DNA of 64,000 nucleotides. Origin: Candidatus Latescibacterota bacterium (GTDB lineage Bacteria > Latescibacterota > UBA2968 > GCA-2709665). This document shows positions 10,023 to 19,156 of the stretch, in pieces. A program made the position numbers and the translations under genes. Below the pieces are notes generated by a model. The model was not told where the DNA came from, searched no databases, and was given only the letters and a program-made list of their open reading frames with translations. Position 1 is the first letter of the stretch; every line of letters starts with the position of its first letter. Where the stretch lies: NCBI GenBank assembly GCA_963662665.2, contig CAXXJS010000011.1, forward strand, positions 1 through 64,000, written 5' to 3'.

Positions 10023-11414
10023 ATGGGAACTCTACAGGCAGGCGCCGCCACGGCCAACATTACCCCCTGGCTCGGCGTAACCATTCCGGGCTCGCATCGA
10101 CCGGGATACGCCGAAGACGTGCACGACGAACTCCTGGCCAAAGCCCTTGTCCTTGACAACGGCCAGGACCGCGTGGCGCTGATCACCTGCGACCTCATCG
10201 CTATGCCGCGGAATATCGCGGACCGCGCCAGACAGCGCGTCGCGCAGCGGTGCGGCATCCCGATCGAAAACACGATGATCAACGCCACCCATACCCACAG
10301 CGGCGGCGGCATCGCCGACCTGCTGGGTACGGACGGCGATTCGGACTATATCGAATGGCTCCACCTCAAGATCGCGGACGCCGCCGAACTCGCGTGCCGC
10401 CGGCTGCGACCGGCGCGAATCGGATTCGCAAGCGTACAGGAAGACCGTATCGCGTTCAACCGCCGCTGGCGGATGAAGGATGGGACCGTGCGGATGAACC
10501 CCGGGGTGGCCGACCCGGGCCTGATGGAACCCACGGGCCCCACGGACCCCGAACTCGCGATGTTCTACGTGGAAGACCTGAACGGCGACCCGTTGTCGGC
10601 CGTTGCCAGCTACTCCCTTCACTATATCGGCGCCGGCGGTGGCATCTCCGCGGATTACTTCGGGCACTTTTTCAGGCTGATGCGCCGTTATCTGGGCGAC
10701 GAATGCGTCCCGCTTCTGTGGAACGCAGCCTCCGGCCAGATCAACAATATCGACTTCAGCGGGCGCCGCAGGTGGAAGGACCGGGGCCACGCTCACGCAA
10801 AGAAAATGGCCAATGTCCTGGCCGGCCATATGCTCACCGAGATCCAGCTGATGGACATGCAGGATTCCCTCGACCTCGGGGCGGTTACGGGGACTTTCGA
10901 GTTCTCCCCAAGAACCATCACGCCCGAAGACCTGGAAACGGCAAAAAAGATCCTCGCCTCTCCCGACGACCCGCCGGAGTACGACGAAGGCCCTTTCAGC
11001 TGGGTTGTGGGCCAGCCGATCCCGCGGTCAATCGTGGATATCTACGCCATGGAATGCCGGCGCCTGGCGAAGCTGCCCTCCGTAATGCAGGCCCAGGTGC
11101 AGGCCTTCAGGCTCGGCAACGCCGCCATCGTGGCCCTGCCCGGTGAGGTTTTCGTTGAGTCGGGCCTGAACATCAAGTCCCGGACATCCGCCAATCCCGT
11201 CTTTGTCGTAAGCCTCGCCAACGGTTACATCGGCTATATCTGTACCGACAGAGCCCTTACCGAGGAGGGCGGATACGAAACCTGGGCGGCCAACTCCTCT
11301 CTTGGCGGCGTGGGCACGGCCCCTGCCATGGAAGCCCTCGCAGACGACCTGCTGGCGCAGCTTTTCGCACAAAAAATTCCCGCCGCCTTTCCAGCCGGCG
11401 ACGAGGATCATTGA
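10023..11414 (+). CDS. Neutral/alkaline ceramidase N-terminal-like amidohydrolase
   Basis: ANITP, VHDELLAKALVL, NATHTHSG, FNRR, GPTDPE, SADYFG, LPGEVF, LANGYIGY; paralog of 56228-57517. Confidence 0.75.
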   Translation: MGTLQAGAATANITPWLGVTIPGSHRPGYAEDVHDELLAKALVLDNGQDRVALITCDLIAMPRNIADRARQRVAQRCGIPIENTMINATHTHSGGGIADLLGTDGDSDYIEWLHLKIADAAELACRRLRPARIGFASVQEDRIAFNRRWRMKDGTVRMNPGVADPGLMEPTGPTDPELAMFYVEDLNGDPLSAVASYSLHYIGAGGGISADYFGHFFRLMRRYLGDECVPLLWNAASGQINNIDFSGRRRWKDRGHAHAKKMANVLAGHMLTEIQLMDMQDSLDLGAVTGTFEFSPRTITPEDLETAKKILASPDDPPEYDEGPFSWVVGQPIPRSIVDIYAMECRRLAKLPSVMQAQVQAFRLGNAAIVALPGEVFVESGLNIKSRTSANPVFVVSLANGYIGYICTDRALTEEGGYETWAANSSLGGVGTAPAMEALADDLLAQLFAQKIPAAFPAGDEDH

Positions 11415-11476
11415 AGGTATCTGACAGGATGGACGATCAGCCACCCTGTGATTCTGAGCGCGGTCTGCGCGACCCC

Positions 11477-12586
11477 TTATTCAATCACCTCTCTAAACGT
11501 CGTCACCGAGTCCAACCGTTCCTGCACCGGATCGAATCCCACCCCCGGCGTTTCATCCAGCACGACATTGCAGTTTTCGTCCTGCTCAACCCATCGATCC
11601 GTAATATCCTCGGCATAAAATTTCGAAGAGGGAAACACGTCCGCCGGATAGGTGAATCCCGGCAGCGTTCCCAGCGCGGCGCAGATGCCCGCACCCACCC
11701 CGCTTTCGAGCATGCCGCCCACCCACGCCGGCATTCCCGCGTCCCTCGCCATATCGTGGATCCGCACCGCGTTGCGCAGCCCGCCCACGCGTCCCGGCTT
11801 TACGTTGATCACGCGGCAGGCGTTGATTTTCAACGCCAACTCGAAGTCGCGGGGGCGTGTCACGGATTCATCCAGACATACCGGAGTCTCTATCCGACGC
11901 TGCAACTCCGCGTGCTCGATGAGGTCCGTATGGTCCAGAGGCTGTTCGATCATCGCCAGGTTGAACCGGTCGAATGCCACAAGCGTATCAAGATCGGCTC
12001 TCAAGTCGTAGCCGGAGTTGCAATCCACGTGGACCATGGGATTGGGAAAGGCCGACCTCACCGCCTCCAGCATCCCGATATCCCATCCGTGTTTCACCTT
12101 CAGCTTGATCCGCGGAAAACCCGCGTCCACGGCGCCCTGTATCAGCGCGAGAAGCTCGTCGATCGTATCCTGGACCCCGAAGTCGGCGCCGCACCGCACC
12201 ACCGGCTCGTCCGCACCCAGCGCGCGCCAGAGCGGGACGCCGTTCAGCTTGCTGTAAAGCGCCCACCACGCCGTTTCCACCGCGGCCCTGGAGAACGGAT
12301 TCCCTTTGTAGATCGACAACCGCTCCACCACTTCCCCGGCGGTGTCCAGCGTATGGCCCACAATCCGCGGCAGGAAAAACTCACGTGCGGTCTCGTATAC
12401 GGACCACGCCGATTCAGGCGAATAGGTGGGGGCGTAAAACGGCGCCGCCTCGCCCCAGGCTTCCTCCCCGCCGCCGCACAGTCTGACCATCACGGAATGT
12501 ATCGACGCATCCTCGCCGTAAGCGGTCCGCCAGGGCGATATCAGCGGCAGTTCCACGTATCTAATCTCAGCGGAATCGATCTTCAC
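11477..12586 (-). CDS. menC: o-succinylbenzoate synthase / N-acylamino acid racemase (OSBS/NSAR subfamily)
   Basis: IKLKV, VDCNSGY, IEQPL, CLDES, INVKPGRVGG, WVGGMLESGVG. GTG start inferred. No other men genes nearby, so racemase role is plausible. Confidence 0.82.
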   Translation of the reverse strand: MKIDSAEIRYVELPLISPWRTAYGEDASIHSVMVRLCGGGEEAWGEAAPFYAPTYSPESAWSVYETAREFFLPRIVGHTLDTAGEVVERLSIYKGNPFSRAAVETAWWALYSKLNGVPLWRALGADEPVVRCGADFGVQDTIDELLALIQGAVDAGFPRIKLKVKHGWDIGMLEAVRSAFPNPMVHVDCNSGYDLRADLDTLVAFDRFNLAMIEQPLDHTDLIEHAELQRRIETPVCLDESVTRPRDFELALKINACRVINVKPGRVGGLRNAVRIHDMARDAGMPAWVGGMLESGVGAGICAALGTLPGFTYPADVFPSSKFYAEDITDRWVEQDENCNVVLDETPGVGFDPVQERLDSVTTFREVIE

Positions 12587-12600
12587 ATCAAGGTCCTCTC

Positions 12601-13812
12601 TCACAGCCAGTGCGCGAAGGGCCAAAGGGTGGCCGACCGGGTAAAGTTCGCGTCCAGCAGTTTTTCGGGCTCTTCAACGGGGTCGTGCCCGTAGCGCCGC
12701 ACGAATTCCGCTTCGATTTTCCGCTCGAGTTCCGTCGGTTCGCCCAGGGGAAGGTCGACCCAGGCATTCCCGCGATCCGCGCTCTCCCGCACCGCCAGGC
12801 AGATCTCCCAGTCTTTCAACGCGTTTTCATGCCCGTACTGCGGCCGGCCGCCGCCGGTTATCGCATCGTGAAAGCTGACGAGAATGCTCGCCTTGGCCAC
12901 GTCGTCGGCTGCCCCGATTCGCCACTTCCGGTAAGGATTCTCCCACACGACTGGCGGTTCCGTATCCACCTGCGCGACGTCGAGAACCGCCTGCCCGTCC
13001 ACGTCCACGTAACGTTCCTGTAGCGCGAATGCCTTCGAAGTTTGCTCGCCGTACACCACGAGATGACTCTGGTCCAGGTATCCCCGTGTCCCTTCCACGT
13101 GCCACCCTGTGGAGAAACCCTGTGCCGCGGAAGGAAAAACACGCGGCGGTTTTTCGAACAGACATACAATCCCGCTCTCGAACTCGACCACCGCGTGGTC
13201 CCACATCACCGTGGTCTCCCGCTCCCCGCCGTAGGCCTCGTACGGCAGCGCCGCCACTTCCCCGCAATAGCCCAGCACCCGTTTCGCGTCTTTGCCCAGC
13301 AACGAGCGGACTCCGTTGAACCCGTGATACTGGCCCGTCAGGTACCACAACCTTGAATGGGTCAGTTCGCCCAGCAGGCCGGCCTCGATAATTCTTCTTT
13401 TCAAACGCTCCCGGGGCCATAGCCAAACCTGCTCGGCGACCTCCCAGAGTACGCCGTGTTCGCGGCAGGTTTGCGCGACCGCCCGTGCGTATCTCCTGGT
13501 GAGACCCACTGGAATTTCGGTGATGACGTGGGCCCCGTGCCGCGCCGCCGTCATCGCGACCACGCCGTGGGAGTCCTTGGGCGTCATGCTCAGGACCACG
13601 TCGGGTTTTGCCGAAGCGAAGAGAGACCGGATATCCCGGAAACCGGCCGTTGAAGCGCCCGTTGACGCATCGGCAAGCGCGCGTGCGTTACGGTCACAGA
13701 CGGCGACCAGTTCGTAGTGATCCGTCAATCGAACAATTGTACCGAGATATTGGCGCGCCCGGGAATCCGGATCCAGGCCCACACCGACCATCGCAATCCG
13801 AAGCCTTTTCAT
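12601..13812 (-). CDS. Gfo/Idh/MocA family oxidoreductase
   Basis: LRIAMVGVG, LVAVCD, HVITEIP, GLLGELT. Confidence 0.82.
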   Translation of the reverse strand: MKRLRIAMVGVGLDPDSRARQYLGTIVRLTDHYELVAVCDRNARALADASTGASTAGFRDIRSLFASAKPDVVLSMTPKDSHGVVAMTAARHGAHVITEIPVGLTRRYARAVAQTCREHGVLWEVAEQVWLWPRERLKRRIIEAGLLGELTHSRLWYLTGQYHGFNGVRSLLGKDAKRVLGYCGEVAALPYEAYGGERETTVMWDHAVVEFESGIVCLFEKPPRVFPSAAQGFSTGWHVEGTRGYLDQSHLVVYGEQTSKAFALQERYVDVDGQAVLDVAQVDTEPPVVWENPYRKWRIGAADDVAKASILVSFHDAITGGGRPQYGHENALKDWEICLAVRESADRGNAWVDLPLGEPTELERKIEAEFVRRYGHDPVEEPEKLLDANFTRSATLWPFAHWL

Positions 13813-13853
13813 AATACAGGGATCCTCTCTTGAACCGATGCCGATTTTTTTTT

Positions 13854-13883
13854 AATATACCGCCCGGTTTCCAGGCATGTCAA
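13854..13883 (-). promoter_or_regulatory. Putative sigma70 promoter for the Gfo/menC pair
   Basis: Minus strand TTGACA-N18-TATATT. Confidence 0.55.
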
Positions 13884-14013
13884 CCCCTTTGAGTTCCAGA
13901 ACCAGGCTCTTATCCCCGCGCCGTGAACCCACCGGATACGGTCCGGTCTCTCATCCGTTCGCCCGATCCCTGTCTGCCGTGTCGTCCGGCCTGCGGCAAT
14001 TCCCCTTCCGCGG

Positions 14014-14042
14014 TTGACTTCAATGCCCGAACAGAGTATATT
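14014..14042 (+). promoter_or_regulatory. Putative sigma70 promoter for lepA
   Basis: TTGACT-N17-TATATT, 80 bp upstream of the ATG. Confidence 0.6.
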
Positions 14043-14121
14043 CTACCTTCAATTCAGAGCGTGTAGACGGTTGAATTTTTTGAAGTTGCTATTAGATCAT
14101 CAGCCAAAGAGCGTCCGGAGG

Positions 14122-15921
14122 ATGAATACCCAAAATATCAGAAACTTCTGCATCATTGCCCACATCGATCACGGGAAATCGACCCTGGCGGACCGTCTCC
14201 TGGAAACGACCTCGACCCTGACACGAAAAGAGATGGTGGACCAGGTCCTGGACGACATGGACCTGGAACGGGAACGCGGCATCACCATCAAGTCCCACGC
14301 CGTCCGGATGGACTACCGGTGTCCCAGCGGTCAGACGTACGTGCTCAACCTCATCGACACGCCGGGTCACGTCGACTTCTCATACGAGGTCTCGCGAAGC
14401 CTGGCCGCCTGCGAAGGCTCCCTCCTCCTCGTCGACGCCGCGCAGGGCGTGGAGGCCCAGACGATCAGCAACGTCCTGCTCGCAATGGAACATGACCTCG
14501 AGATCATCCCTGTCATCAACAAAATCGATCTTCCCAACGTCGACGTGGACCGGGTGGTAATGCAGATCCACGACCTGCTGGGCGTCGAAGAATCGGAAAT
14601 CCACAAAATCAGCGCCAAACAGGGCGTTGGCGTGGAAGGCCTTCTCGGGGCGATCATCGAACGGATTCCACCGCCGGAGGGCGATCCCGACGCGGCTCTC
14701 CAGGCCCTGATCTTCGATTCCATCTTCGATCGCTACCGCGGCGCCGTCGCCTCCATCAGGGTCTTCCAGGGCAGCCTTCAGACCGACATGCCCATCCGGT
14801 TTCTCTCAACCGGGAGTCAATTCGAAGCCGAAGAAATCGGCGTCCTCAAGCTGAAGCGCGTCAAGACGCGGGCGCTTTGCGCCGGGGAAGTCGGCTATCT
14901 CATCGCGGGCGTTAAAGACCTGGAAGAGCTGCATATGGGCGACACGGTTACCGGGTGCAACCGGCCCGCCAGACAACCGTTGCCCGGGTACCGGGAAGTC
15001 AAACCCATGGTCTTTTCCGGCGTCTATCCGGTCGACGCGGAAGACTACGCGGACCTTCGAACGGCCCTCGAGAAACTGCGCCTTAACGACGCGTCACTCC
15101 GTTTCGAACCGGAAACGTCCACGGCCCTGGGGTTCGGCTTCCGCTGCGGCTTCCTGGGCTTGCTTCACATGGAAATCGTACAGGAGCGCCTCGCCCGGGA
15201 ATTCGACATGGAGATTATCACCACCGTACCCAACGTGGAGTATGAAGTCCTGCTCACCAACGGGGACGTCGACGTCGTCCATAACCCCGCCGAGATGCCT
15301 CCCGCCGTCCAGATCGAAGAAATCGCGGAACCCGTTCTCAACGCGCAGATCCTGGTTCCGTCCGAGTACATCGGCGCGGCCATGCAGGTTGCCCAGGACC
15401 GGCGGGGAATCTACGTTACCACCGACTACGTGGACCCCACGCGCGCCCTCCTGCGTTACGAACTACCTCTCTCCGAAATCGTACTCGATTTCTACGACCG
15501 GCTGAAATCCGTCAGCCGGGGGTATGCCTCGTTCGATTACGAATACAAGGAACACCGTTCCGCCGACCTGGTCAAACTCGACCTGCTCATCAATGACGAC
15601 CCTGTGGACGCCCTTTCCGCCGTTGTACATCGGGACAAAGCATACGAATGGGGACGGGCGATCTGCTCCAAACTCAAGGAACTCATCCCCCGCCAGATGT
15701 TCGAAGTTGTCATCCAGGCGGCGATCGGAAGGAAAATCGTCTCCAGAACGTCCGTACGTCCTTTCCGGAAAAACGTCACCGCCAAGTGCTACGGCGGAGA
15801 CGTGACCAGAAAACGCAAGCTTCTGGAAAGACAGAGGGAAGGGAAACGGCGGATGAAGCAGGTGGGAAACATCGAGATTCCCCAGGAAGCATTCCTCGCC
15901 GTCCTGAGTATGGAAGTTTAA
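14122..15921 (+). CDS. lepA: Translation elongation factor 4 (LepA)
   Basis: [62 protein letters not shown]. Confidence 0.98.
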   Translation: MNTQNIRNFCIIAHIDHGKSTLADRLLETTSTLTRKEMVDQVLDDMDLERERGITIKSHAVRMDYRCPSGQTYVLNLIDTPGHVDFSYEVSRSLAACEGSLLLVDAAQGVEAQTISNVLLAMEHDLEIIPVINKIDLPNVDVDRVVMQIHDLLGVEESEIHKISAKQGVGVEGLLGAIIERIPPPEGDPDAALQALIFDSIFDRYRGAVASIRVFQGSLQTDMPIRFLSTGSQFEAEEIGVLKLKRVKTRALCAGEVGYLIAGVKDLEELHMGDTVTGCNRPARQPLPGYREVKPMVFSGVYPVDAEDYADLRTALEKLRLNDASLRFEPETSTALGFGFRCGFLGLLHMEIVQERLAREFDMEIITTVPNVEYEVLLTNGDVDVVHNPAEMPPAVQIEEIAEPVLNAQILVPSEYIGAAMQVAQDRRGIYVTTDYVDPTRALLRYELPLSEIVLDFYDRLKSVSRGYASFDYEYKEHRSADLVKLDLLINDDPVDALSAVVHRDKAYEWGRAICSKLKELIPRQMFEVVIQAAIGRKIVSRTSVRPFRKNVTAKCYGGDVTRKRKLLERQREGKRRMKQVGNIEIPQEAFLAVLSMEV

Positions 15922-16113
15922 CCTTGATTCGTTATTTTTCCCGGACGTAAAACCGAATATATGCAGGTAGATAAAGGCGATTTAACGGCTGATTACCAGG
16001 ATACACCAGGTCACCGGACGTGAACTGAAAAAACGTCCTTCTGGACGACAGTTACGCCCCGCTTCAGGGGATTTCCTCGCGTCGCCGCAGTTGCTGTTTT
16101 ATTCAAATTGGGA
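15922..16113 (+). mobile_element. Non-autonomous MITE, IS1380-like ends, copy 1 (192 bp)
   Basis: Near-identical to 52991-53181 and to the reverse complement of 63636-63813; flanked by TTAA on both sides (15918-15921, 16114-16117); begins CCTTGATTCG. Confidence 0.8.
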
Positions 16114-16165
16114 TTAAACCCCGGGAATCTGGTGTCCGTCGCCCCTTACCCGTAAGACCAGACAG

Positions 16166-16927
16166 ATGGCAAAATCCGCACGACGCAAGAGGGCCGGCAG
16201 GAAGGCCCCGACCCGTAAAGCCCGGAAGACAGGAACCGGCCGAGGGGAAAAGTCCGTGGCCAGAGAATACCTCGAAGCCATTCTGATGGCCGTTGCCCTG
16301 GCGCTTTTTCTGCGGACCTTTGTGGTTCAGGCCTTCAGCATTCCATCGGGCTCCATGGAAAACACGCTCCTGGCAGGCGACTTTCTGCTGGCGAACAAAT
16401 TCACCTACGGCGCACGGATTCCATTCACCGACGCGAGGCTCCCCGGTTTCAGAAATCCCGAACCCGGCGACATCGTCATATTCGAGTATCCGATAAATCC
16501 GGACCGGGACTTCATCAAACGTGTGGTGGCCTGCCCGGGCCAGGAGGTCGAAATTCGCAACAAGATACTCTACGTGGACGGAAAGCGCACCGTGGATCCG
16601 CCGCTCTCCAAATACACGGACCCGGTCATCCTGCCCGTTTCGTCACCCGGCGGGGTTCGCGACAACATGCGCCTTGCGAGGGTTCCCGAGGGCCACTATT
16701 TCGTCATGGGAGACAACCGGGACAACAGCGAGGACAGCCGTTACTGGAGCTTTCTGGATAGAAAGCGTATCCGGGCGCAGGCGAATATCATCTACTGGTC
16801 GTGGGCGCCGGACCCGGAGGCGCCGGCGTTCGAAAGCATCTTTTCCATACCCAAAATGGCCATCTATAACCTGATGAACGGATTCGGGCGCGCACGTTGG
16901 AGCCGGATCGGCCGGATGGTCAATTGA
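16166..16927 (+). CDS. lepB: Signal peptidase I
   Basis: TM segment, IPSGSMENTL, FIKRVV, MGDNRDNSEDSRYW; follows lepA. Confidence 0.96.
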   Translation: MAKSARRKRAGRKAPTRKARKTGTGRGEKSVAREYLEAILMAVALALFLRTFVVQAFSIPSGSMENTLLAGDFLLANKFTYGARIPFTDARLPGFRNPEPGDIVIFEYPINPDRDFIKRVVACPGQEVEIRNKILYVDGKRTVDPPLSKYTDPVILPVSSPGGVRDNMRLARVPEGHYFVMGDNRDNSEDSRYWSFLDRKRIRAQANIIYWSWAPDPEAPAFESIFSIPKMAIYNLMNGFGRARWSRIGRMVN

Positions 16928-16961
16928 AGATGGCCCGCTGTACCATTCACCCTTAGCGTTT

Positions 16962-18161
16962 ATGTCCAGCCTCTACGCCCATATTCCGTTCTGTAAATCC
17001 AGGTGCCCCTATTGCGATTTCGCCTTCGACGTGGGCAAGACCCACCTGGCCGAACGGTACACGGGTGCGGTCATCCGGGAGTTTCAGACCCGTCTCCCTA
17101 ACATCGGCAGCCGCCAGGTTTTCGATACCGTCTTTTTCGGCGGCGGCACGCCTTCGGAAATTCCACCGCACTGCCTGAATCGGATACTGGACGCCGCCCG
17201 GACGCTTTCGCGGATCGCCCCGGATGCCGAGATCTCCGCCGAAGCCAACCCGGAAGACCGCTCGCAGTTCGCCGAACTGGCGGCCATGGGCGTCAACCGG
17301 CTCAGCCTGGGTATACAGGCCCTGGACAATCCCACGCTCCGCGCCCTGGGCAGGCGGCACACTTCCGCCGATGGCGAGGCCGCCTTTTGCGCCGCGCGCC
17401 GGGCGGGCTTCGAAAACCTCAACGTCGACCTTATCTTTTCTGCGCCGCGGCAGACGAAAACCGCGTGGCGCGGAACCCTGGACCGCGCCGTGAGTCTCCG
17501 TCCGGAACACGTCTCGGTCTACGGGCTGACCGTTGAGCCCGGCACCGCGTTCGACCGAAGGATGAAAGAGAACCGCCTGCCGCTGCCTCCCGAAGATGCC
17601 CAGGCCGAAATGTACGAGATTGCGCAGGAGAAGCTTTGCGCGGCCGGTTATATCCAGTACGAAGTCTCAAACTTCGCACAACCCGGTTTCGCCTGCCGTC
17701 ACAATATCTCCTGTTGGGACCGGCGGCCGTATCTGGGCATCGGCCTTTCGGCCCATTCCTTTTTCACCGACCGCCGTACGTGGAACATCCGCCCCCTCAT
17801 GGCGTATATAAAAAGTGTGGAAACCTCAGGCGCCGCCGTTGAAGGGGAAGAGGTAATCTCCTCCCGGGACCGGCACGTGGAACAGGTAATGCTGGGCCTG
17901 CGCCGCGCCAACGGCATTCCCGAAACGCTGCTGGGCACAATCGGCAGATCAAACACACGCATTCCCGATCACCTTCTCGTTCGTCAAGAGGGGCGAGTCC
18001 GCCTCACCGGTCGCGGCCTCCTGCTGGCGGACCTGGTCAGCGCCGAACTGGTCAGAAGCTGTTTTGAAATTACCGGTGAGTTCACGAGCGCGAGCGAAGA
18101 AGTGGCAGTTATGAGGCGCGAGGGGCGCGCAGCGCCGACGGGAAGGCCCGCACGTATCTGA
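16962..18161 (+). CDS. hemW: Radical SAM heme chaperone HemW (last 34 aa contributed by an inserted MITE)
   Basis: LYAHIPFCKSRCPYCDF, FGGGTPS, EANP, RLSLGIQ, YEVSNFA, HN..W. Confidence 0.92.
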   Translation: MSSLYAHIPFCKSRCPYCDFAFDVGKTHLAERYTGAVIREFQTRLPNIGSRQVFDTVFFGGGTPSEIPPHCLNRILDAARTLSRIAPDAEISAEANPEDRSQFAELAAMGVNRLSLGIQALDNPTLRALGRRHTSADGEAAFCAARRAGFENLNVDLIFSAPRQTKTAWRGTLDRAVSLRPEHVSVYGLTVEPGTAFDRRMKENRLPLPPEDAQAEMYEIAQEKLCAAGYIQYEVSNFAQPGFACRHNISCWDRRPYLGIGLSAHSFFTDRRTWNIRPLMAYIKSVETSGAAVEGEEVISSRDRHVEQVMLGLRRANGIPETLLGTIGRSNTRIPDHLLVRQEGRVRLTGRGLLLADLVSAELVRSCFEITGEFTSASEEVAVMRREGRAAPTGRPARI

Positions 18162-18240
18162 AGATACCGGTGGGTTTGACCAACGCCGACCGGCGCTCTT
18201 GCAGCCGCGCGAAGACCGCTGGGAATTTTTAGACAGCTTC
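18055..18240. mobile_element. MITE (186 bp) with terminal inverted repeats and 3-bp TCA duplication, inserted in the 3' end of hemW
   Basis: Left GAAGCTGTTTTGAAATTACC vs right reverse complement GAAGCTGTCTAAAAATTCCC (16/20); TCA at 18052-18054 and 18241-18243. Confidence 0.75.
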
Positions 18241-18253
18241 TCAGAGAGATGGA

Positions 18254-19156
18254 ATGGAAATCCGCCTGAGAACGCCCGGCTCCACTTCCAACCTGGGGCC
18301 CGGATTCGACGCCCTGGGACTTGCGCTTACCGTCTACAACCGGATTGTGGTCCGGACGGCGTCCGATCACCGGCGCAGGCGGATGCGCGTCACGGGGGAA
18401 GGCGAGGGGATACTTCCGCAGGACGAAACCAACCTTTTCTTCCGGTCGGCCGATACCGCCGCGAATCGCGCGGGCGTATCCCTGCCGGGGATGGACGTGG
18501 AGATGCGCAACGGCATTCCGCTGTCCCGGGGACTGGGAAGCAGTTCCACCGCCATCGTAGCCGGCGTCTACGCGGCCAACCTGCTCATGGGCGAACCTTT
18601 TTCCGAATCCTCCCTGCTCGATCTCGCCACCGAACTGGAAGGCCACCCGGACAACGTTGCGCCTTGCCTGCTGGGCGGTCTGGTAATCTGCTCCCGTGAA
18701 AGCGGCCGGGTTGAATCGATACGGGCGCTGCCGCCGCCGGAACTCCGGGCGGTTGTCGCAGTTCCCCGATTCGAACTCAAAACGGAAGCCGCGCGCGCAG
18801 CCCTGCCGGAACAGGTGCCGCACCGGGACGCGGTGTTCAACGTGGGGCGCGCATGCCTGGTTACGGCAGCGCTGATGAGCGGGGACCTGCACGCTTTGAA
18901 ATCCGCAATGCGCGATCGCCTCCACCAGCCGTACAGGGCTTCGCTCGTTCCGGGAATCGACCACGTGCTGGATGCAGCCGAAAAAGCAGGAGCCCTGGGC
19001 GCCTGCCTCAGCGGCGCCGGCCCCACGTTGCTGGCTTTTGCAACAGACAACGCTGCTGAAATAGCGAACGCCATGGGTAAAGCATGGGCGCAACGGGACA
19101 TCCAGGCCGAGACCGCCGTCCTGCGCGTCGATCAAGACGGGGCAACCACCGAATGA
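18254..19156 (+). CDS. thrB: Homoserine kinase
   Basis: PGSTSNLGPGFDALG, IPLSRGLGSSS, EGHPDNVAP, DRLHQPYR, LSGAGPT. Confidence 0.96.
   Translation: MEIRLRTPGSTSNLGPGFDALGLALTVYNRIVVRTASDHRRRRMRVTGEGEGILPQDETNLFFRSADTAANRAGVSLPGMDVEMRNGIPLSRGLGSSSTAIVAGVYAANLLMGEPFSESSLLDLATELEGHPDNVAPCLLGGLVICSRESGRVESIRALPPPELRAVVAVPRFELKTEAARAALPEQVPHRDAVFNVGRACLVTAALMSGDLHALKSAMRDRLHQPYRASLVPGIDHVLDAAEKAGALGACLSGAGPTLLAFATDNAAEIANAMGKAWAQRDIQAETAVLRVDQDGATTE

Noticed and set aside
16962-18161. hemN coproporphyrinogen dehydrogenase
   Set aside because: The CPYCDF motif, HN..W motif, short N-terminus and position after lepA-lepB fit HemW.
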